Assembly: GCA_043228905.1 (NCBI GenBank)
Contig: JBHGNT010000003.1
Span: 7,130,001-7,194,000 of the forward strand
Direction: 5' to 3'
DNA length: 64,000 bases
Source: Azolla caroliniana
Taxonomy: Eukaryota; Plantae; Polypodiophyta
The notes under the pieces were generated by a model. That model was not told where the DNA came from, made no database searches, and saw nothing but the letters and a program-made list of their open reading frames with translations. Shown in pieces: positions 54,468 through 64,000 of the stretch (its first letter is position 1; the number at the start of each line of letters is the position of its first letter). The translations under genes were made by a program, and so were the position numbers.

Positions 54468-56056
54468 ATGGCCTCTTCCATCTCAGCTTCCGCTTCCTCT
54501 TCCTCAGCCCTCCGCTCTGGCGCTTTCCTGCTCCCCCGCTCTTACCCCCAGGTGTGCATCCGTCTCTCCCTTACTGCGTCTGTTTTCTCCCCCCCCACCA
54601 CTTGTTCTTAATTCTTCGAGAAGGCTTAGATTGGAGATCTGTATTAGATCCCTGATTCTCTGCTCCTCGCCTTCGTGTTTCTGTTTTTGGTTTCGATGTT
54701 TACTTTCGTTTCCTCTCTTTTTCTCTTTTTTTCGTTTCAGATTTCTGGAGGAAGCGTCACTCGCCTGAGCTTCAGAGGAGGATTCTCGGTTAAGCGTCTG
54801 CAAATTTCATGCAAGGTAGGAACTAGACCTTGTTTGAAAAGTGAAATATTCACTGTTTCCAGGGTTTCTCTGGTGTAGTCTTATATCTTAGATCTGTGAA
54901 GAGATAAACAACTCTTAACGGTGGTCATACATCTCTGTGTGCTAGTGCATATCGAAAGGGGACCTTTTTGTTTATAAAGGATGTGTTCTTGCCATGCTAT
55001 TGTATTCATGTGCATGAAAAGAGCTCATTTATTGCCTGATTTGCTTTGCGTTATATGACGGATTATCTTTGTCAAGTGGTGAATCTGGCGCGTCTCCTTG
55101 GTTATCAAGACGGGAATTTATGTTAATTCTTGATTTTGACTCTCGTAATACTTTGAAAATGGTGACATATGAGATGGAAAGGTTGTGAGACATGCGATCT
55201 TCTTACATGTAGAGATAGAAGCAATGTCTGATATCTTTGCATGTTGAGACGGAATCAATTTCTCTTCGTGCGTTTGATGCGTGATCTTCATCTTCTGTGT
55301 ATGATGGACATGCATTGTGGTTATAATTTATGCGTTTTAAAAGTGGTCAGTTGATTGAAATTGTGATTTTTTTCTGATATTCGTGCTGTTGAATCACATA
55401 ATCATATGAGTAATGCAGACATCAAAACCAGATACTGTTGGTCATTTTCTGTGTATGATGGCCATGCATTGTGATTATAATTTATGCATTTCAAAAGTTG
55501 TCAATTTGATTGAAATTTTAATTTTCTCTGATTTCATGCTGTTGAATCACCTCATCATATGCGTAATGCAGACAGCAAAACCAGATACTGTTGAGAAAGT
55601 GATTGAGATAGTGACGAAACAACTATGTTCAGAGAAGGGTGTTGTGCAACCACACTCGAAATTCGGAGACCTTGGTGCTGATTCACTCGACCAGGTAATC
55701 CATTTCACCAGAAAATTAGCAGTTAGGACTCCTGTAAAGATTTTGCTGATAACAGTTGAAATTACCGAAATACCTCTCAAATTAAAAGATTACCAATAAC
55801 AGTCAGAATTACCAGAATGCCTCTCAAATATTATTATTAGATGGATATTTTTGAACTTGTAGTATTTTTATCCCAGTTCTTTTGGCTGATAGACGCATGT
55901 TTTCAATGACAGGTAGAAATTGTGATGGCTCTAGAGGAAGCATTCGGAATTAGTGTTGATGAAAGTGGTGCAGAAGCCATTGCTACAGTTCAAGATGCAG
56001 CAGACCTTATTGAGAGGACATTGTGTGATAAGGAAGATAAGGCCCCAGCTGCGTAG
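54468..56056 (+). CDS. ACP: Plastid acyl carrier protein, 141 aa; exons 54468-54551, 54741-54815, 55572-55694, 55913-56056
   Basis: Ser-rich transit peptide ending ...LQISC, phosphopantetheine motif [18 protein letters not shown], and three phase-0 GT-AG introns. Confidence 0.95.
55292..55593 (+). repeat. 153-bp tandem duplication of the ACP intron 2/exon 3 boundary
   Basis: TAATGCAG|ACA(T/G)CAAAACCAGATACTGTTG at 55411 and 55564. Confidence 0.9.
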
Positions 56057-59000
56057 AAATGCAGCAGTAATTTTTATTCTTGAGATTGATTATTATGCTA
56101 AGAAAATTTTCTTTTTCTAATCCATTGGTAGCTAGCTGATGATCTGTATCTGATCCATCATTTAGAACGTTTTGTATGTTCGAATTAGATAATGTGAGGA
56201 CATTTTACTGGTCCTGTATCAATGGTGATATAGTTTGGGAGCCATCAAGCTCCGAAGTCTTTGAGTTTTCATTAAAATTCTCACGTTTTTACGTGAATTG
56301 GCATGAATTATCTCCTTGTTTTTTTTCATGGAAGAAATCTATTTTAAGAGAACAAAGTCTTATCATGTTGATGGGGAAGCTATCAGGGAATGGTTATGTG
56401 TCTAGTAGCTCTTATCCAGGGCATGCTATATTAAAAGCAATCCATGTATTTGTTCTCATCAATGCTGAGAGAACTAAATCTACCGGAAATTCTCTTCGTA
56501 ATCATGCTCATGTATGCATATTAAGTAGATGAAATAAAAAAAACCCAAAAGTGAACATAGAAGGTGGTGTTCAGGGCATTGGGTCTACCAAAAATCCTCT
56601 TATGAAACTGTGTTCATGCACATATGTATGTACAGTATGTAAACTAGGTGAAATGAGCCAGACCACATTGTCTCACTATAGAAAATAAATATGCATCATA
56701 TTATGTTTTTCATGTTTGTTTTTAGGATTGTAATTGTCAACAATATTTTGTTAGATACTTGGATACTCATACAACATATGCACTATGAAAGATAAATGAA
56801 TCGAGTAATTATGATCGAAAAATGGAGGTTGGTCTCTATGATAATATTGGTAACATCCCTATTTTTAGAATAAAGCTAATTATGGCACTTGAGAAATACC
56901 GGCCTGACTAATAAAATACTTCACCATGATACTTGGTTCTTATGTAGAAATCTCCATAAAGACTCGAAATCTCCTACTTAATTGGAAACATCAATTCTGA
57001 AAACATGTCACATTAAGCTAATATATGTATATGTATTGTCTATGTATGTCTTTATGTATATAAAGGTTATTGGAAGTTTGTAAGCAGTTCTTTTGAAGTC
57101 CAACCATTGATAAGCACGATACGACCAGATTTGAATTTGCTTTTATATGCCATGCTCTAGAAGGCTCGTTTCAAGTACTTTTTAGAAGTATGAGAATGCC
57201 CACCCAAAAGTTCGATATGAAAGGGAATTGATCCCCATAGTTGGATGTATCTGTTATCATAAATGAAGCAAACAACTTTCTCTTCACTACATATTCTAAT
57301 GGGGTTCTTGTGAATTAAAGCAAGTTGTCAGTATATGAAAAGCAACTTGTAGAAAGGATATTGTAAGAAAAGGATAGGAGAATACATTAGAAATGGGGTG
57401 AATCAAGTAGAAATTTATGAGGAGAGTCTACTTATTAACATCTTTTGTCATATGTGAGAAAAACATAGAAAGGGTTAGCACAAGGTCTGAGAAGAAGATG
57501 GGGGAGAAGGGGTATGAGAGGTTGGTGATGGCAACTCAAACTTCATGTTGGCATAAAATTTGAAAATAAATACATGCAAGAGTACAATTGTCTACATTAA
57601 CAAGAGACAATCCAAATATTTCTTATGAAGTTGTGAAATTAGGGGTCATTAGGTTGCCTCAATTGCATCAACAAAGGTGATGAACTAGGTGTTTGAAGTA
57701 AATGGGTAAAACCTTAGCAGAACTTATAGGACGGCAATTGGTATCTCTATAGCAAGGTTAAATATAGAAGAACAATGGGTCTAGATTGGATAGTTGGGTG
57801 GGTCAAGGTAGTGCATGCTTGTCCTTCACAAGAGATATTGTTTAGATAATTCAATAAAATAAAACATTTTGGTTTGTTTCAAACCGAGAGAATGAATGTA
57901 TAATTGGAACTAAATTGCGACAAGAAGTATGTGGATAATAAAATAGGCTAACTCAAAAGTGATTGAAAGCAAACCTAATAGCTCTTTCTCTCAAATTTAA
58001 ATTGGCCCTTTCTAAAGTATGTTTTTGCGGATTGGGGGATGTTAATTGACAACAGGATTTTTGATAGCCATATTTTACAATCTTCTATGTTAGTTGCCTA
58101 CATAAACACCTTATGAATGGGGAAAATATGGTTCAAGCAAATTCATGTTTAGAAATAGTTTATAATATATATGATAAGCTTGGTCATTGGGCACTTTGGT
58201 TTTGTTTTGGAGAAAATGTTTTGCCTAAATTTGCCTATTTGTTTGCTTAAACATTTGCGTCAATTTTGGCACTAGTTTTTGTAATAACTCGGGAATGATT
58301 TCATCAATAAAGGTTTAAATATATGAATCAATTTTATACGGTATGTAATATGCTATATGAATTATGAAGTTTTAAATTTGAAGCCTAACAATTCAGTTCT
58401 AGTTTCCTTTTGAGTTTGTTAACAATAACCCTTCTAGAAAAATGAAAAATTGCCCATACAATTAACAATAATAACTTTGAGTTAAAATCAAACTCCAGAA
58501 TTGTCGCTCAACAATTAGTGATTTGTAGATCTCATGACAATTTCGTTTGAGCTTGAAAATCTCTCAAACGGTTTGTGTGAACAATTTAGTTTAAAGGTTT
58601 GACAGTTTCGTTTAAGTTTCAAAGGCTTTAAATGGTTTGAGTTTGAGACTCCCAAACTGAACCAAACTAACTTGAAGCAAAGCTAGTTACTACTGATAAT
58701 GTAAAATCTAAAATAATAGTTGTTTATGTTTATTTTTTATAATTTTGCCCTTTTGGAAAAAAAAACGCACGAGTCACAATTAATATCCAAATTGAAAAAT
58801 CTCACTTGATCAAATTTTCCCATGCAAAGAGGATCCTTAATCTCATGAAAAGAGATATTGACATCATGTATGCTTTGGTGAAATGGCGGGGTTTGCTTGA
58901 GGAAGGTTCAACATGAGAGAGAGCATAATTGACCTTCCTAAGTAGTGACCGATATGCCTTAATGCATTTTCGAGGACAAAAAACACTTCTTAATCGAGGT

Positions 59001-60795
59001 TGTGGGATAGTGCTTAAGGACTAGTCCAAAATTCAAATACGGTTTAGCAAGCATGTGTGTTTTCCACAAGGAACCATTAAGCTCACCCACAAGAAGAGGT
59101 GAGTGTCAATTATATTATCTTAACTTGGTGCTAACAATTGTCAATGTAGAAGCATTCTTACCTTCAGTGAGCATTCTTACGCTAGCTTTGATTGCTGACT
59201 TTGTCGAAGGCTATAAATGCTTCAACACATTTACCTCTTCCCTCTTAACATCATAACTAGCATAAATAGTGTGGGTTTACTTCCTTGTACATGGGCTTGG
59301 ACATGCTGAGATGGTACTCGGGTATAATAATACATACTTTAAATTCAATACATAATTTGGTGTAAAAGAAAAGGTCATTGGCAATGTTAGATTATAAAGG
59401 AGGAACTAGGACTATAGACAATACCACTTGCATGAATAAAACATCTAGTGTTGGCAAGATTGAGAGGCTTGTAGGGTTTAGGTACATTTTCACAAAACAA
59501 TCAAATTTTTATCCTAATAATGTTTAGCATCTTGGAGTTTCTGTACATTTTCACAAAAAGTATCTGAGGGAAAAAAGGCTTCATGAAGGGCGTACATACA
59601 CACATTTGATCCATAGTTTCCAAAATTTAAGGCTCTAAATATTGATCCATTTTACAAAAAATTATATATAGTAAAACCCCAATATTTTGTAGAGCCTATC
59701 ATTATTGATGAATTACAAGGTAACTTCTTCGATGTTGTAAATGCCAATGAATCTCCAATACTCACCGAAGTTGTTAAGAAAAGACTACCCCTTAACCACA
59801 CACATGTTTGGTAGTAATATAGACAACATGGATTGGATGACACTCGGACACTGAATCCATATACTTACCACATATTTATGTGGATAATTATACAAATTGC
59901 ACTATATTTCCCATGACTATTTATCACCCCGTACACACTAGTTGTAAGTCACTCAATAATTCTTGTGGATCCTCAAGATCCATGATCAATCACTCAAAAT
60001 TGAGCATGTAGAAATCCTCATATCAGCTTCAACATGCACCACATGATCAAGGATGCAAGATCATGTCTCATTGGTTCACTTTCAGATTAGTTTGCATCTT
60101 TATGGTATTTCAAAGAGATTATTATACTAAATTTCTTTTTTAGCATTCCCTTGAAAAACAATTGTACAACCATTAGTGGGTATGATCTCAAACTAAAACT
60201 ATTAAGAGGGTTTATGAGACCACATTGTTAGTGTGCTTGATGTGAAGCTAAATTTATGAAGAGTTAATGTGCTGAATCAAAAACTAGTATTTTGAAGAGT
60301 TGTCAAGAAGATCCCACAACCTTAATATTGCAAAAGTACATAGTAGTACAACCCCATCATGAGTTTAAAATTTCAATAAGGTGATATTATCGTCCATTTA
60401 TTTAAGCAATATTTTTGTGGACATCCAAACTTCAATGTATAGACTTGAATGAATATAGTTTAAATGTAATGCTTTTCCATTGTGCTTTGTTGGAAAAAGT
60501 TTGGAGTTACTTGTCTGGTTTAACCTATGAAAAACGTATGAAAGAGTCATAAGTTTATGTGCACTTATCTTGTAAAGGTGCCATGTCCGGATACTTGATT
60601 TCATGGAAAGAATTTTGTAAGAGTATGCTTTTTAATCCACCAAGTTAGAAAGGTAGAGTTAGACATTTTAAATTTTCGATGGCGATTTGATATTTTGAGG
60701 TTATTATTATGAATCATGATTATATGATAGAACGGGTTCAATGCTTATTACACTTGTGGGCTGAAATAGAAATCCATATCCATTGAGTACATGAC

Positions 60796-61045
60796 TTGAG
60801 CCATAAACCAAAATGTTGTGGGTTTCATATCCCTCACCGACAATAATAATCGCAATGTTGAGGGGTTCAAATCCCTCAACATTAGCTTTCTTCATGATGA
60901 TTCTATTGAGAAGAATCAAATCTTGCCATAGAGGAGTCATTGAACCATAAAACGCAATGTCGGGGGGTTCAAATCCCTCCTTGCGCCATTAGCTTTCTTT
61001 ATGATGATTCTTTTGAGAAGGATCAAAGCTTGCCCTAGAGGAGAC
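60796..61045 (+). repeat. Short tandem duplication with tRNA T-arm-like GGTTCAAATCC motifs
   Basis: CGCAATGT.G.GGGGTTCAAATCCCTC at about 60851 and 60953, with a weaker copy at about 60810. Confidence 0.65.
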
Positions 61046-61644
61046 CTTTTGTCACATTTTAGTTGCATTAGAGGGGACATTTTCTTCTCTTTGCTATCAT
61101 GTCGTATGTGAGGTTTTGATTCACATCGAAATGCTCATAGAGAAGTGACACAATGTTGTCAAAGTTTTTGTTGCACATCAAAGTACCAATAGAGTGATGC
61201 AATATCAACATGTAATAATGATACTCAATGATTAACATGGATTAATGTCGGCTACTCATATTATTGAAGTAATTTACACTAATCCATAACATTTCATGAG
61301 CAATGTTCAATTTATTGAAGTAATTCAAACTCTTTCTTCTCTCTCTAAGCAATGTTCATAAAGAGGGTATTTTTGTAAATTAAATAAAGAAGTGGGAAAA
61401 TGTGTTATATGCATCAACTATAAATTTACAAAACGAGGGGTATTTTCCGTAAATTAAATAAAAAAAGGTGGAAAAAAGGGATAATTCTTTCGTAGAGGGG
61501 TAGAATTTCGCAAATTCGAAATTCTATCTTCGGAAAAGGAGGGGCACCCGATTAAAATACATATACAGAAAGTACGGAAAATGGGAGGTATTTTGAAACT
61601 GAATAAAAAATAAAAAATAAAAAACAAAATAAGAAAAACAATAT

Positions 61645-61703
<59 letters not shown>

Positions 61704-61705
61704 AC
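61645..61705. repeat. (AAT)n(GAA)n microsatellite
   Basis: Directly visible. (CTT)n also occurs at 61957-61984. Confidence 0.95.
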
Positions 61706-62544
61706 GCCGGCGACGAGAAAGAGGAAGAAGACGGAATGGGAGTCCTTTTCTGCAGAAATAATTGGTTTTGGAGGTGGATTGTTAGATGAGAGAAGAAAAT
61801 GCTGGCAGTGGTAGTAGTAGTAATAGTAATAATGGTAATAGTAGCAGGAGGGGTTTGTGATGGAAACGTGCAAAGATTTCTGAAGGCAGGCAGCAGCCCT
61901 TCTCTCGCAATCAATTTCTCTCCGTAACTAGGTAGAAATACATACATTATTCAAAACTTCTTCTTCTTCTTCTTCTTCTTCTTCTAATCAATCCGATCGC
62001 AGATCTCTTCTTCTTCCATCCTCCTTTTCTTCCATTCCTCCATCTCCATCTCCATCTCCATCGTCCACGCAACGTCCTCTTGCTCGTCTTCTTCTTCTTC
62101 TTCTTCTTTTCCTAGCGCGACAAATTCATCGACAACTTCTTTGTCATCCTCAAGTTCTTCTTTAATTTCAGAGTTCTCAGATACGAAACTCGGTTGTATC
62201 ATCCTCCCAGGCCACGGTATTTTTCAACTCAAATTGCTGCATTCGCTTCTGCCGCAGTTACACAACTCTGCGTCATCAGAAGGTATGAGCTGTGTATCCT
62301 GAATGAGCTGATTCTGCATGTTTCCGTTCAAGCATTGTTTCCTCCTACATGTACATACCTATGAAAATGTCTTTTGATGAAGATTTAGCAGGTGCTGTTA
62401 TTTGAAAGGTTTAGAAGGTCAATGCTCTCATGATATCAGAATATTTATGCATTTTTATATAAACTTGTCAGATGATCATTTCCACAGATAATATATGAGT
62501 TTTTTGCAGGTGAACACAGTAACGTGAGCAAAAAAATTCAATTC

Positions 62545-63512
62545 ATGGAAATGGAGCCTATAAATAGTTTCAGCGTTATAGATGAATTGATACAGACTTA
62601 CAATAACACCTCAGACAAATTCGATGAGGTCAATAATATATTCGATCCTGTCGGCCAAAGGGAAATCTTCAACGATACAATTTCAAATCTTGATGATCCG
62701 TCCATTGCGTCCACTCAATATGGCCACGATGTTGATGTTTCCTCTGCGTATAGTAATACAAGAACTGAGCATAATGACAAGAGCGTTCCCCGTGATAACA
62801 CCGGTAACTCCATAAATTCTTCGGAAACGACGGAACCAGAACTAAAGTTTAACCGAGAGTCAAGTAATTCAGAATCTGCGTTACAGTATTTAAATCACCC
62901 GGCTAGTACTGTAGAACCAAAACAAAATATTCATGAAACATTACCTCCCAAGATCGGTATCCTGGACGGATCAGATGACGTTAGCGAGTTTCATGATAGC
63001 AGTAAAAAGATCGATTTGGAAACGAATCTGATCGGCTTCCTCTGTGATGACAATGCGGGTGGTTTGATGAAAACAATTCAGAAGATGCGTAGCCTTCTGC
63101 AGCAGCAGGAAATGGCCGATGTACTAAAAGAGAACACTGAAGTGACTGCTCCAGCTCATATTACTGAGTCTATGAGCGATACTATAAAGTCCATCTTCAA
63201 CTTCTGGTTCCCACACAGGCTATTGCATCTCGCCTGTAATCTCGATTCAGTTTCCTGTGCAAAAACGTTAATTGATCAAGCACAGATTAATGTTCACAAT
63301 TTTGCTCACGATAGCTACCATGGATTCATGTCTATTAGTGCATCTGTGGATATTACTAATGCTATTGATGAGCAAGGGAGAACAGCACTTCACCACGCTG
63401 CAGAGAAGCTTTCATTGAGATGTATAGAGTTGTTGTTGAGCAAACATGCCAAGGCAGACTTGCGCTCAAACGATGGCTATACGCCCTTGCAAGCAGCTTT
63501 GCACAACAAACG
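62545..63512 (+). CDS. Ankyrin-repeat protein, first coding exon (gene continues beyond the window)
   Basis: Ankyrin motifs RLLHLACNLD, GRTALHHAAE and GYTPLQAAL. Acceptor TTTTGCAG at 62509, donor CG|GTAAG at 63512. A probable 5' UTR exon ends at 62282. Confidence 0.85.
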
Positions 63513-63559
63513 GTAAGAGCTAAATATACGGAGCTACTTTGCTCGAATCTTATTTCGTG

Positions 63560-63985
63560 TCAGTCTTGCTTTAAGCTGCGTTCATCGGAGTGCATACATT
63601 TCCTACGATATTAGCTTTGTTTTAAGCTGCGGCTTTCATTTGAACGCATACATTTCCTAGAATATCAGGTTTGCTTTCAGCTGCATTCGTCAGAATGAAT
63701 ACATTCAATAGAATGTCACATTTGCTTTAAGCCGAGCTTTTCATTTGAATGCATACGGTTCCTAGAATATCAGTTTTCTTTCAAGTTGCTTTCATTAGAA
63801 CGAATACATTTACTAGAATATAAGCGTCGCTTTAAGCTGAGCCTTTCATTTGAATGTATACATTTTCTTAAATATCAGTTTTGTTTTGAGATGCTTTCAT
63901 TAGAATGCATATACATAGAAGATCAGTTTTATTCAAGCTTCTTTTATTAGATAAATTTCTTAGCATATCAGATCATTTGCTTTCT
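63560..63985. repeat. Intronic minisatellite with ~50-54-bp units
   Basis: TTTGCTTTAAGCTG...TTCATT(T/A)GAATGCATACATTTCCTAGAATATCAG repeated about 8 times. Confidence 0.85.
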
Positions 63986-64000
63986 TATGCGTCTTTCACT

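Noticed and set aside
54112-54768. Ser/Leu-rich 218-aa and 178-aa ORFs
   Set aside because: They are translations of microsatellites and ACP intron 1.
56600-60700. Possible old DNA-transposon remnants
   Set aside because: No motif, terminal repeat or TSD could be supported by eye.
61454-62202. Poly-Y/F/L/S/E ORFs
   Set aside because: They are trinucleotide microsatellite translations in the promoter or 5' UTR region.

Overview
Eukaryotic land-plant DNA, probably from a non-seed plant such as a fern (inference). Bases 1-49763 are one nest of at least nine LTR retrotransposons, resolved here by LTR ends, primer-binding sites (PBS), polypurine tracts (PPT) and target-site duplications (TSD). 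The deepest chain has six levels: copia G > gypsy A0 > non-autonomous B > gypsy C > copia F > gypsy D. Elements Z and A1 also sit in A0, and E and H sit in C. Bases ~49.8-64 kb are AT-rich host DNA with a probable hAT relic, a complete 4-exon plastid acyl carrier protein gene and the start of an ankyrin-repeat gene. There are three standout observations. (1) Gypsy elements C and D have no PPT. In its place is a conserved ~40-nt tRNA-Arg 3'-end look-alike ending in CCA 2 nt before the 3' LTR, with a covarying hairpin, which suggests tRNA (or tRNA-mimic) priming of the plus strand. (2) All five insertions of the tRNA-Trp-primed family sit at 4-bp NCGN sites, suggesting CpG-directed integration. 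(3) A non-autonomous member of that family carries an otherwise open 582-aa acidic, Cys-containing ORF split across 30 kb, plus a tRNA-like A/B-box segment in its LTRs. All analysis was by eye. tRNA identities are from memory of plant tRNA sequences and need verification.
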